Source: Ruditapes philippinarum
Lineage: Eukaryota
Length of the DNA: 64,000 nucleotides
Reading direction: 5' to 3'
Assembly: GCF_026571515.1 (NCBI RefSeq)
Contig: NW_026856399.1
Span: forward strand, 1 to 64,000
Below, piece after piece: positions 26,035 through 39,329 of the stretch. Every line of letters starts with the position of its first letter. Position 1 is the first letter of the stretch. The position numbers were made by a program, and so were the translations under genes. The notes under the pieces were generated by a model that did not search any database, had not been told where the DNA came from, and was given only the letters and a program-made list of their open reading frames with translations.

Positions 26035-26265
26035 CCAGGCCTTCAAGGCTGGTGTTTGGCCTTTGTGGCTGTCTTTAATATTTGTGTTGTTTATCCAAGG
26101 CCTTCAAGGCTGGTGTTTGGCCTTTATGGCTGGCTTTAATATTTGTGTTGTTTATCCAAGGCCTTCAAGGCTGGTGTTGGGCTTTTGTGGCTGGCTTTTG
26201 TATTTGTGTTGTTTACCCAAGGCCTTTAAGGCTGGTGTTGGGCCATTGTGGCTGGCTTTATTATT
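26035..26265. repeat. ~61-bp tandem repeat, ~3.7 copies
   Basis: CCAAGGCCTTCAAGGCTGGTGTTTGGCCTTT...TATTTGTGTTGTTTAT units; explains the repetitive ORFs at 25855, 25883 and 26082. Confidence 0.9.
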
Positions 26266-26600
26266 GTAGCCTTGTCATGAGAAAACTGATAATGTGGTCT
26301 TAGGCATTGATATATATATATATATGCGTCTATATTGTCTTATATCACTCTGTACTGTTACTAGATCGCTGGCAACATCATGTTATATATTAGTCAACAG
26401 TGTTACCCTGATCAGTATTCACATGACAAGGCTCTTCATAGTGCATACAATTTATTTTTCCATTACAAACACTTGTTCATTCTAGAACTTGCATTGAACT
26501 CAAGTTGAAACTGTTGTGTCATATTTATAATTCAGCAGTTTCCACTTGACTTCTTTGATGGTTTTGCAGTATTACAAATCTTTCTTTTTATAGCACCAAC

Positions 26601-27020
26601 ATGCAATCAGCTGTATCTGAAATGAAGAGAAATTCCTTGCAATTAACTGGCCTTTTTGCAAGACTTGTACAAAAAAAAATCACCATTGAAGAAGCTAACA
26701 TTGAAATAATGGCAATAACAGATGCCTTAGATCGTAATGCAATGTGTTATGACAAGAACAGGGTTAGGTTAGAGCAAGAAAATAGAGATCTGCGAGTCAA
26801 AAACAAGGACCTGCACAAGGAGATCTACAGGAACAACGAGCAAGTGAAGCGCCTGGAAACCCAAATAGAGAAACTGGACACAGAAAAGACAGACCTTGAA
26901 AGTAAATTAGGTGCATTTGCTGAGTGGCAACAAGGGGAAGACTCATTTCTCCTAGATGCCAGTGTGGCGTCAGAACAACAAGAACACCAAGAAGAAACAG
27001 AAAAGGATGAGCTACATTAA
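26601..27020 (+). CDS. Coiled-coil protein with acidic tail (probable Helentron passenger; may be a terminal exon)
   Basis: 139-aa open frame with a heptad pattern (LEQENRDLRVKNKDLHKEI..LETQIEKLDTEKTDLESKL); candidate acceptor TTTTTATAG at 26593. Confidence 0.55.
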   Translation: MQSAVSEMKRNSLQLTGLFARLVQKKITIEEANIEIMAITDALDRNAMCYDKNRVRLEQENRDLRVKNKDLHKEIYRNNEQVKRLETQIEKLDTEKTDLESKLGAFAEWQQGEDSFLLDASVASEQQEHQEETEKDELH

Positions 27021-30000
27021 AATCTAAAACTAAAGATTAACTTACTTTACTTGTGCTTCTTGTGTAAAAGCTTGCACACAGCTTTTTATTCCTTTATGTT
27101 AAATATTTAATTAGCTTTTTGTTCCTTTATGTTAGGATGACGAACCAAATAGTTTGGATTTTGTACATTGTATCTTCAAGGACAGTTAGTCAGATCACCA
27201 AATGTATTGACATTCTTTGGAATGAAACCTCTGTTTTAATGTATGTTTGTTCAACATTTTTGTAATGTAATATTACAAATTCATTGTTTACCAACTGAGC
27301 CCTGCTGTAAGAAAATCATCATTTGGCATATGGTAGTATATTTCATGAATAGTTGCAGTGCCAAATGTTGATTTTCTTCAGCGGGGCTCATCATGCTATA
27401 TATACATGACTTAGTCTTTAAAAATGCTTTTTTATTTTCCAAAAATGTTTATTTTTTATGTATTCTAGCAGTTTCCATTATGATACTAATTGCTTAAATA
27501 TTACCTGAGCCATCTTTTTCATCTGTTTTTTTTTTATTTTGTTTGTTTTTGTTTTTTTTATTTTTTTTTTTTGGGGGGGGGGGGGATTAGTAACAGTATT
27601 TTGTATGAGGTCAAAATATTATTTTGTTTAAATGCTAATGATTTCAAATTTACCTTCATAATATGGTTACATATTCTTTAACCATTATTTTATTTTAAAT
27701 ACACGCTTGTCCTTTCTTTTCCAAAAAGGAAATAACTATTCTTTTTTAGGGATAATTTAGGGATAATGGACCTTTAATATCGATCAGTGTTAAACCAAAT
27801 ATGTCATGAATAACGTTCCTTAAAACACATTTCAAAAGTCGAGATTATAAAACAGATACAAGAACAATAATCGTTTAAAATTAGAAGAAAAACATCTTTT
27901 CATATTGTTTCATTGAGTAGGTTTCTACGTCCGTGCTTTCAAAATCTCTTAGACTGGTGTAGTTCTTAGTAGACCTAATGCTTATGAAGTTCGGTTTATT
28001 TTGTGTTACGAGTCAACTTTACCGGCGGGCTGTGAATGGATCGAATAACATAAACCTCTGTACATATTTGACATATGCTTCCATAAGATAAGATGAAGAG
28101 ACAGACTTGACAAAACATTTGACTTGAACAGTGCCACCTGGTTGCTATGTTGTAATATTATTTCAATCTTAGAATATTTTAAAATTTTGAAAAGGGGAAG
28201 ATCAAGGAACGATGAAAACGAAAACAATACAGAAAGAAAAGAAAAAGAAATCATAGGTCATAAAGTTAACGTTCAGTGAATATAAAAAAGTATAAATATG
28301 ATTACATCAAATTTTAAACTACATATTAAAATCAATGACTTATTTACTATGACCGTATTTTCAACGTAAACAATTACTAATGAATGGTTAAGAATGATTC
28401 ATTTTCCGACTTTAACTAAATGAAATAAAGATATCATATCAACTTACACTAGATTTTCACTTAGCTTTGGTCGGCCTTTTTATTTTGTTTTATCTGGCTT
28501 GTGATATTTATATATGGGATATAAAGGGGTAAATGATGGTGTTGTGTAAACACTAAATATTTAGGAAATAGATATCAATTCTGAGTGCATTGTTGTAGAA
28601 TAATGCGCGGTTGGAGTTCAAATGCGTTGCAATATAATCACGAAGGCCGATAGGCCTTTTTCACAACAAAATTCGACTACAAATGTTTTTATTTATCAGA
28701 TTTTTCAAACAACATAGCGCCCTCAATGTGAAAATACACAGGGGAATAATAAGAACGGCGAGTGCATTGTTGTAGAATAATGCACGCTTCGGACCTTCTT
28801 TGTTTATATAGAAAAATTTCCGATAGTGTTAGAATAATAAAGAGTGCGCTATATATTCAACATAACGTTGGTTGATTACTTATAATTGGATGTCAACTTA
28901 CTCGTATATAATGACGTCAACACAATAACATATTAAAATGCACGTAACGTTAATTTGACGCTAATATTGCCGCAATAACTAAGTACATGCATGTGTACTC
29001 AAGAGATGGTGAGGATAACGAAAATTTTGGTTGAAAGTTTAACAAAGAACACCATTTTTTTCCTAACTGGTTGCAGCATCTTACCATTTCAAAACTGAAC
29101 GGATTTAACTTATTTCATTGGAGCGGATCGGTGTTAAAAGATGAATTAGACGTTTTAAAATGCATTTCGGAAGACAGGTGTAAAGGCAAAATTTTAGCAT
29201 TTAATCAGTCAAGCGCCTTGTCCGGTATATACCGGAATACGATATTGTAGTGTAGTGCTTTTAGTCTCACTCCAACTGAACATTTTACATACAGGCAGGT
29301 AGAAGATTTTGCTACAATTTCTAAGGTTACATCGAGGGAAGAAACCCACTGATGATTGACTGCAGTTCTTTATGAAAGCCGTTTTTTGTCACCTTTGGCT
29401 GAATTACTTATGTACAAAACAAGTACAAGAATGTCCAAGTTGATATCAATAATCATTACTTCCATAAGGCATTTCAGTTAAAATTTGATAGAATTAACAA
29501 CAACAACAACAAAATTTTGTAGTATCGCTAAAATCCGTGGTAGCACCTTTGATATTTTGATATGAATGGAAAAGATGAAGTTCCTGTTACCATTTGTGTG
29601 AGTCATTTTAAATTTTCTAGTGTAAGTCAAATGAAAATAAATCTCTACTCAATCAGGTGTCATTATTATGATCAAAATATTATGTAAATATTCATTTTGA
29701 AAGTTATCCTGCTTCTATCAGTTCTGATATACTTCCAATTGTACAAAAACATGTAGGATTAAGGCATTTTAATTTTGTTCTTTGGGTTTCGTTTATATAA
29801 AAACGAGATTTTTTAAGCAGACTCCACTGAGGTTTAAACATTTGGATTTCTTTGATGGATGACCTTGGGCACTTTAAAAAGAAATATATGCAAAGATAGT
29901 TAAGAAATATATTTTGAAATAACTTGAAAATCGTATTTTAATGCTTTTCTAAGCTCGATTTGAGTGAAAATTGTTTGAACGCTTTTCATTATTGGTCATC

Positions 30001-31554
30001 CTTTTTTGAAATTTGAATAATTATTCTGGAAAAACGAATTGCGCGAATGATCTGAAGTTTTGCAAAACGATAAGTGGTCTAAACCTATATCAAACGGTAC
30101 ATTATCTTGAAAAAATATTTTCAGTCCCATCATTAAAAAGAAAATCTAAGTGGAGTCCCTTTAATCAAAATGGAATTTCTCAGTAATTTGAAGGAAGAAA
30201 TAAAGGCCTTCATTTTTATTTCGGGAATTTTCTTCTACATTGAACTATTGAGAAGTATCTTAAAATCTATGACATTGTACGACAGTTGTGTTTCTAACAT
30301 CATAATTAAGATCTTTTTCTTGTTGTCACTTAGGATATTTCTTAGCGCTGTTAATGATGGCATCCTGAAGCTTTTGGCTAAACTAAATTGTAAAGTAATT
30401 GTTTCCGAAATCAACTTCAAAGCATCTTTTTTGCACAAAATCGAGATGCATAGTTTATATTACGTTTTATTCTTTCATGAGTGTTAAACAAATCTTTCGC
30501 CTTTATAAATAGTTTTTGTATAAATAGATATTATTTTATATATTTGCTCACATAATAAGGTGTATTATTTTAACTTGAATCTGTAACGGGGATTTATAAA
30601 TTGTAGTTTAGTCATGTGAGTATCTAGATGGAGGGGCTCCTCTGGGATTTTGCTAGAAAATCTACGTAAAATCCCTTTGAGATTTGGCTATCAATATTTG
30701 TTTATAGGGAAAATCTCACAAACGCTAGTGAAATTTAACTAATGGCCTGCTTTAATGAAAACTAGGAAGATGTCAACGGAATATGCTGTTTATCAGTTAT
30801 CTGCATTATGATGCCAATGTATCCGATAATTATTCAATAGTGTAGGCAACATGAGATACTAGGCATTTTTACAGGTACGAAGATAAATCATTCATTACCG
30901 CTTATTACCTGGTGTGTAAAGGAAGTATTTTATAATATGACACAAATTGAATAATCCATCTGTATTAATAATTGTTTCAAGTACCGTTGTAATAATGATT
31001 GTTTATTACAAACATACATTTTGCCTTATGTGATATAATGATGCTTATCAATCTCGGTTGATATGATGCCAAAATCCGTCGGCAATTATAAATGAAAGAT
31101 CAAATATAAATAAACTTCCTATGCCTAATTGTTAACTAGTATAATGTTGGAAAAACAGTTACATAAAGTTATTTTATATTATACAATTGAACTTTATCAT
31201 TTTAACGGGTATAATAAAATGCTAAATTTTCAAAAGAGTATTTGAGGATCTGTGTCCGAATCAAAACATCAGTCGAATGAAATTACTAGCAATTCTAACA
31301 CACCCTCATTTTTCTCTATTGAACATACAAGGAAAGAAAGTGTTTGTGTTATTATGCGATAAATCATTGTGGCCGTTCTCTACCTAACCATTATACATGC
31401 GACGTAACAATTCAAAATGCGACACGCCAAAAAATAAGAACGAAACAAATCAGGCGCAATTTAGCTTGATATCAGATACAGCAGTATTTATTTGTTGACG
31501 GCGTGTTAGAACAGAAATAATATATTCAAATAAGTGATTTTATCGCTTGATAGA

Positions 31555-31645
31555 ATCACTGTTTGTCGTTTGAATGCGCATCAATACATGACTCGGGCTT
31601 CACCCGCGTGATATAATTACTCGCATCGGACCTCCAAACAGTGAT
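31555..31645. repeat. Palindromic (hairpin) MITE-like element
   Basis: ATCACTGTTTG...TGCG...CGGGCTTCACCCG...CGCA...CAAACAGTGAT inverted symmetry. Confidence 0.5.
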
Positions 31646-32809
31646 TTTATTTACTTCTAAAATATAATTTAGCAATAATCAAATTTTGCTGTTTTTTTTA
31701 AATAATTAACAATACAAAAGAATAGCTGTATAAATTGAAATGACAGTTTAATTTTAGTACTGTTTCCTCAAAAATATATGAGACAGACCTTCATGGAATT
31801 TAATTTGATTTCAATAAATGATTAATGAAATTCCTATAAATTACAAAAGCATGTTTTACATAGAAATGTCAGCACAAACCTTTCAAAATACAACTTTTTA
31901 ATATCAGAATTTGTCTGATTTATAGCCATAATTATATTAATTAAGAAAATTGTAACACATGGGTCACTGCTTTTTATTTTCATTAAGGAATATTAGTAGC
32001 TTGAATTAGAAGCCTACATTATTTCTTTTGATTGCTCATGAGTACATTTTACTACAGTTACTGCAATGTTATTATAAATGAATGTATAAAATGTCATGAT
32101 AGTAAATTGATTTAACTAGAGAACATATATCCACTCCTTATCCATCATCCACACACAAAGTATTTACAGTCCGCTTGATAAATTCGTTAGAACATTGGTA
32201 CAATGTATACCTCTTTTTCAAATAAGATTTCAGCAGATTTATTTATGGGCTATATGCGAGTGCACATTAACAAAATGAAACACTTTTCGTTGTTTGAATG
32301 TTATACTTATAGCATATTATTGTATAGCATGATATAACATAATAAGCAATAATTATTTAGCTTTTTTATATAACTATATACTTAGAAACTATGCGTAGTT
32401 GTTGTTTCGATCTGTTTTGTTCATATATCGTATTATGCGACCGATATAAGTGCATGACACACTGAGTGAATAATATGCAAAATACTAAAAAAGGAAGAAA
32501 ATGTGTTAGATGCGAACCACAATAGGAAACAATGTACACGATTACACATTTTCAAATTTCGTTATATATGACTTTTACACACTGTGACCCTCACCGATTG
32601 GTCAGCTACTGTAGAATTACGACTGCACTCTACGAGAAACAAAAACGCAATGAGGAATATCGATACGGTCAATGCACGTCTCATTTGAGCACGGACGTTG
32701 TATGACGTAATAAAATTCCCATTTTGCAAAGCATGTACTGTTGCCTTACATTTGAGATGCTTTTCTTACATATTAGTAATCACATGTTCTTGCATTTGGT
32801 ATTTAACAG

Positions 32810-35349
32810 TGGAAATAAGGCGATGGAAGATTTATATTTCAAACCTTGGACCCGTATAGGACCATACGTCGTCGGTTTCTTCACCGGATATCTTCTACAT
32901 ATTACAAAGTGCAAGGTCAAAATGTCGCAGGTTTGTGGTTTCTTTTATATTCTTGTTTAGATTAGTCCATATTAAACTTCATCGTTTGTCTAAAATTGCA
33001 TAGGTACAAAATTGCTTATTGTATTTATAACTTTATTTTTTATACTCGTAGAAACAACATTGTTGTTATAACAATAATTTTATCAACATAAGAACAACAT
33101 GGTTGTTTATCCATTTCCAGCATGTACATTATTTAATTTAGTTGAAAAAACTTTTGACACGTTCAGTAACTGGTTAAAAATTTCAATAGCCCGAGCCGCT
33201 TGGAGGGATTTATATTGTTAATCAACCGTTAATATCATTGGTTTTACAAGTTGCTGACGAGAAATATGGGAAATATAGTATGATTGAATAAAATACGACC
33301 CAAGTTTTAAATTGTTAATGTTCGTAACACAACCAAGTATGGTTCATAATTGGTATGAAAAACTAGAGGAACAAACACAAAAAAAAAAACGTTGGAGAAA
33401 TAAGAAAAAAACATTTTTGCGCCATTATGGGTCTTTAGTATAAATTTCACCATTTTTGTGTTAAGATATTGAATTCTGCTTGAGTTGGTGCTTGTGGGCG
33501 TGGACCGTAACTCGCATTTTCCAGTGCCGTCCATGAACAGGCTCAATCAAACCGAGCCTGCAACATTGTACAATTTGCTATGATTGGCTTTCTTTAGGGA
33601 TTTTGTTTTTCTCTGTTTTAATATAATTGTCGATATTGGTGTTTTTCTCATATTATTTTAGATATTAAATGTTGTCGGCTGGATTGTTGCTACAGTAATC
33701 GCTATGCTAGTTTTATACGGCTTGTACTCACCAGATGGTACAAACATTCTCAACGATGATACGTCGGCATTCTATAATGCCACGTCAAGAACTGCATGGG
33801 GAATGTGTGTTGCTTGGGTAATTTTCGCGTGTGCCAGTGGATATGGAGGTATAAAAGATAAAATCTCTATGTTAGAAACATATTTATAAATTAAGGGAAT
33901 TTTTAATTTCAAATTTCTCTAGATAATGGAATTTAAATAATATTAATTTGCAGCACAAAACACTTGCGTTTATAATATTCATGGCCTTTCGTGGTCGAGT
34001 TGGTATGGTCGTTGACTTCAATACACTTGGCCGCACGGTTGTAAATACCGACAAGGACAGGGGTTCTTTCATGTGAGGATGCTATTAATTTGGTTTACGG
34101 AACGTCTGTGGTTCTACTCAGGTACCCGTTCGTGCCTGAAATAATGCATGAAAGGGCACATGAGGTCCATCTCCACCAGAAAATCTGTGTCGGTGTGACG
34201 AAAAACCAAATCAATCAAACAAACAAACAACATTTTACTATAAAAAGGCTGAAATATTCTTTGTTTTTTTCTCAATATGATTCGCCTGTGTAGCACGGTT
34301 AGTAGTTTGGTAATGTGTTCATTTTGAAATAATCAATGGTTTCTAAATGTGTTAATTTTTTCAGATGCATTGAGACTTTACCGATTGGGAGCAAATTATA
34401 TCAAGTCTCGTTATAGAACAATGTTTCAAAATTTAGCAATAATGACAGCTGTTATAAGATTAGAGTCTGATATTTTTTACTTTAAATATCCTTGGAAGTA
34501 TTTTCTATTGAAATCTTATCTTTTTTTATTTCCAGGCCCTGTTTATAATTTATTGTCATGGCGTGCAATTATTCCACTGAGCCGCCTGACGTATTGCGCA
34601 TATCTAGTACATCCGCTCGTGATGTATGCGTATTATTCTAGCAAAAGAACCTTGATGAGATGGTACGATTTTGAAATGGTAAGTCCAAAATAAAAATTCT
34701 TTATAATAGAAATTATCGTATACCTTGATTGTTGGATGTAACGTAACTCCCATTTTCCTAAAGATACATACTATATTATACTTTGATAGAAATATAACAA
34801 GCATAAATATTTTCAAAGATAGTTGTACAATTAGTATTGCAGTAGATTGTTAATACACTTTATCACACAAGCAACGTGATAAACCCATTTAATATAAACG
34901 ATATTACATTAATGCAATAACACTTTTACGTGACTTTCATATGCGATATATACAGACATAGCTATAGGCGCGTCAACCAAAAATTTAACTGTTTGTATTT
35001 TAAATATGTGACTTATAGTACTTAGGTATATCATAAACTTAATTTCTTGAACTCGTTTAATAAAACAACATTATGCTCGCCAAAGGCTCGCATAACATTT
35101 TATTTAACTTTCAATGAATTTAGTATTAAATCTCGACTTTTTCAATATCCTCTATATTAACAATTGAACCTCTCTTATATGTTTGACGTAAAACCTGGCA
35201 TTAAGAAATTTGTATTCTCATTTTAGATATACATTTTCCTGGGCCACTTATGTGTATCGTATGCTGCAGCGTTTGTTATTTCTCTTGCGTTTGAATCTCC
35301 AATGATGGGACTAGAGAAAGTGTTGTTGGGAAGAAAGAAAAATAGTTGA
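32810..35349 (+). CDS. nrf-6: NRF-6-like paralog: last four exons only (inverted duplicate of 1-2500)
   Basis: Exons 32810-32930, 33662-33848, 34536-34678 and 35227-35349 (ends FESPMMGLEKVLLGRKKNS*). The first three have the same lengths as the - copy (121, 187, 143 bp); splice sites are intact and introns homologous. No middle exons were found upstream. Confidence 0.85.
33983..34232 (+). mobile_element. tRNA-derived SINE (positional counterpart of 1051-1304)
   Basis: GGCCTTTCGTGGTCGAGTTGG head, conserved core GGAACGTCTGTGGTTCTACTCAGGTACCCG, (AAAC)n tail. Confidence 0.8.
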
Positions 35350-35540
35350 TATCCATGACAACAGAGATAAACGAATTAAAAGTGCAATATGGGTGAACTG
35401 TCCAGTTCATTTACTTACATAACGCTTCTTAAGCAGACTATAACTGATTTTTTTAAAGAAATTTTTCCTTATATTTTATATGTTCCTTTTTGAACGCGTC
35501 TCTTGTTGTTAACATGTCTTTTGTAGAAATTTTATCCATT

Positions 35541-35815
35541 TGTTTGTTTTTGTTTGTTTTGGGTTTTACGTCACATCACAGTATATGTCATATGGCGACG
35601 TTCCAGCTTTACTGGTAGAGGAAGACCGCAGGTGCCCTTCCGTGCATTATTTCAGGCATGAACGGGTACCTGAGTAGAACCACCGACGTTCCGTAAGCTA
35701 GCTGGATAGCTTCCTAACATGAAAGAATCCAAAGTCCCTGTCGGGATTCGAACCCACTGATGTGAGGGGCAAGTGGTTTGATGTCAACGACATTAACCAC
35801 TCGGCCACGGACGCC
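35541..35815 (-). mobile_element. tRNA-derived SINE (best-preserved copy)
   Basis: Reverse strand GGGGCGTCCGTGGCCGAGTGGTTAA (box A)...GGGTTCGAATCCC (box B), core, then (AAAC)n tail. Confidence 0.88.
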
Positions 35816-37149
35816 CCTTTTAAATTTGTGACTATGAGTCTACATCGTAAACATGGAATAATGTCATGCTTAAAAACAGCGATTTCTGTAATAATTCAAT
35901 GTTTGTGGTTTGAGAGTGAATTGCTCTTACAAAAATAACCCAGACCTCAACACTTTATTGTATAAAGTATTAATGCATTTAAAGCTGTAAGGTGAGAGAG
36001 GAGTTTCAGTCAAAATAAATCTGTTTTATTGATAACATGTGCATAATGCGGGAAGTATATATTGAATAATAAAAATAGATATCAAAAAAATGTTCAATGG
36101 AAATTAAACATTTACATGGAAAGCGTTGAAATTCATCAGGCTATCACTTTGTATATTTCGATTATTCTTGATAGTGCTGGCGAAAGTTATGCTGCTTCCT
36201 TATATAAAAAAAACTTAAAAGCAGTTCTGACCCTATATATAATGGACAGACGTATGCCATATGTGTATTTAGTGAAAACACATCTTTTCTTTTTCAATAA
36301 TTTAGTGAATTCACTCACTGATATAAGTTCTATAGCATTGATTAATGCCCTTCAAAATGATATAGTGACTAGTTGTTTTGAACAAAATATCAACATATTA
36401 ATACTATACAGTGCAAAACTTTATTTGGAATTACTTTTTTCCCGCTATAATTATATGTGCAATTAAAGATTTGTTATACAACTTACGACTTTAAACGTTT
36501 TCGTATTATACTTTTGTCGTTATATGGTTGAAATGAAAAACTTCATCTTTCTAAATGTTTCTTGTTTCTTTGCATTACCAAAGTTAGAGTAGATATGAAA
36601 ACATAGCGCTTAAAAATATTATATTACATATATCAATTAATGTTACTTCAAATGAAACTTTTCTTAGTTTTATTTCAATTCACACGAATCTGTTAATGCC
36701 CGGTAAAAAGAGAATAAAATCACTTGTACATCCCACGGAACAGTCAATAAGCGAATTAATTAACAATCAAATTGAATAATATATTCAAAGTACAGAATTT
36801 TCTAAACTTTCTGAACAATATGTTCCATAACAAGCTTTGCCACATCTTACATACCACATTGACATTATAGTATTAATACTATAACGGTTTCGAATCAACA
36901 AGAAAAGCAATCAAGTTATGTAATAAAAGCAAAACTTAAGTAGGTATTTTTATACTTTTTTTATTATAGTTTAAATATTTCTTATTTGATATTTACTCAA
37001 TAACGGTAGACCGCACCTTTATGTGCATTGAATGTTTTCATTCCTTAAGTCATTCTGTCGGATAAATGGTATCCTGTACCAAATAATTATACATTAGCGT
37101 TTTTGAAATTTTACAACAGGAAATATTAGTTTAATCGATAAAGTAGCTG

Positions 37150-37340
37150 TGTTTAAAATATAAAGCTATACGTGTTTGATATATGAAGCTACACGTGTTT
37201 AAAATATGAAACTACAGGTGTAAGAATATGAAGCTACACGTGTTTCCAGTATGAAACATTCAAATGTTTAAAGTATGAATATTCTCGTGTTTAAATCATA
37301 AAACTTCCCATGTTTACGATATTTAATTGGACGTGTTTAA
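37150..37340. repeat. ~22-bp minisatellite
   Basis: ATATGAAGCTACACGTGTTT-like units. Confidence 0.75.
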
Positions 37341-39329
37341 CGGGGATATATTAGCCGTGTACAAAAGAATTCACTTTCACTAATTACTGATTCAGTAAGA
37401 TTTTGATTTTTAAGATCACGTTATCATATACGTGTTAATAAATGATACCTGGTTAATTCCATGTTAAAATTACCTGCTCAGAAACTATAAAGATATCACT
37501 TCTTGAATACTTAAGGTCAAACAAAAATAATTCGTTTTCGTTATATGTTGATTTTGTTTGAAAATTTAATAAAAATGGTGAAATCTTTGGTAACAGAACA
37601 AAGTCGAAGAAAAGATATAAAATTTGTTTTATTCGTTTGTAAAATTTTAAAGTAGATTTCGTTATCCTTACCCCAACGAGTGAAATTATAGTCCAATATT
37701 CGAAGACTGTACTTATTATAAAATAAAATTTACATATCACCAGTAAAAGAATGCGTTACAAAGGGTTATTTCAGTGTTTATTTTATTGCATACCAAATCA
37801 ATAAGAAAGTTCCAATGTAAAGTATTGCTAATACAGACTACTTGTATCTTCTTCACTATGACGTAATCTCAGAAATGTTAGTTTAACGAAAGAGAAACTG
37901 ATATATAAGGTACAATCGGATACACCCAAAGAACGTTATAATGACATCGTTTGTAAACATATATTCTTAAACTATTTAGAGGAGTTTTTCACACGCGTTT
38001 GAAGAGTTAAGTCAATATTACTACACAATTAATGCGTAAAATTGTGTTCTGTTGTTGTTGCGTTTTGTTTGTTTGTTTGTTTGTTTTTGTGCCACAGAAG
38101 GTGCAATATTCATAAACAAATGCCATTTTTTTCAAACCGTGAATAAAAACATTATTTATGTTATCATTTTATTTCAATGCAACGTGATGTTTGAAAAATA
38201 TCCAATATAATATACATGTACATGGAAAGTGCACATTTTCTGCGTATTGTTCTTTTCCTAACAAAGGAAAATAATTGCGCAGGATTATAAACTCGTTTGA
38301 AATTGATTTGTCCTTCCTTATTTGAAAATGTTCAGGACTTTCTGTAAGATACTAGTTTGAACACGACCATATTTTATGAACTATGAACTTTTAATAGCAC
38401 TACTCTTTAAATTGGTACGGTGACAAATAGTGTCCTTGTGGTATATCATAAACATACAGATAACTGAATTGAGTTATTTCAAAGATTTTGTTCCTATGCG
38501 TTAACCTAATACACTTCTAAAATCTAATACAGTTTATTCTTGTTGTTTTTTTTTTTGGATTTCAAGGGACCGGGTATTTAACTTCGAGATAAACGAAATT
38601 CGAGATACAAGTAGCAACTGCCATTATGTAATTCTTGTTTACATGATTTTCTTTTCTGTCAGTTTTGTTTTACATGGTCATCTTCTTTCCTTAAGTGCGC
38701 ATGTTTTTTGGATGCTAGTTTTCAAAATTTAATAATAATTGCACATTTATTTAATGGGTCAAATATCATACAGATTTATTTTCGAACTCATACTCAAATC
38801 GGAGCATTTGACTTGTTAGAAAACAGCACAGAATGTATGTTGGACAATGATAATCCTAAGATACGAGACAGAGCTAAAAAATACACCCGCACTTAAATTG
38901 CTAAATGTTAGTAAAATAGTGGCTAAGTAGAAAATAGATAAATACAGAATCCCTAAAGAAAGCCCAACACGGCAAAATTGAAAATGTTGCAGGCTCGGTT
39001 TGATTGAGCCTCTTCATGGACGGTACTGGAAAGTGCAAGTCACCGTCCACGCCCCCTAGCACCGGCTTAAGCAGAATTCAACATTTAAACGTGAAATACT
39101 TAAATTTTGAATTTAGAAACATCCGCAGATGTGTTCATACGGCGGTTATCATGGAACCTTCAATGTGACACTTCCGTGCCATTCCATGAAAAGCGGCGTA
39201 TGGTCCCCAAGTAATAAAAAGCGTGTGCCCTAAACAAGAAAACAATGGGCGGAACTAAATAAAATGGAATTTTGAAAGGGGATCAGAGGTTATGAAGCCT
39301 GCGTATCACAGATAAACTCGTCGGACACT

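Noticed and set aside
27003-27020. KDEL ER-retention signal
   Set aside because: KDEL is followed by His, so it is not terminal, and no signal peptide is evident.
29600-30490. Possible decayed coding sequence (transposase or viral) on the - strand
   Set aside because: Partly open frames but no recognisable motif; needs BLASTX.
23558-35349. A complete + strand NRF-6 gene from exon 1 to the last four exons
   Set aside because: About ten middle exons are missing and the splice phases (1 vs 2) are incompatible.
35745-35815. tRNA gene
   Set aside because: The tRNA-like head continues into a SINE body and tail repeated elsewhere in the window; no complete cloverleaf was confirmed.
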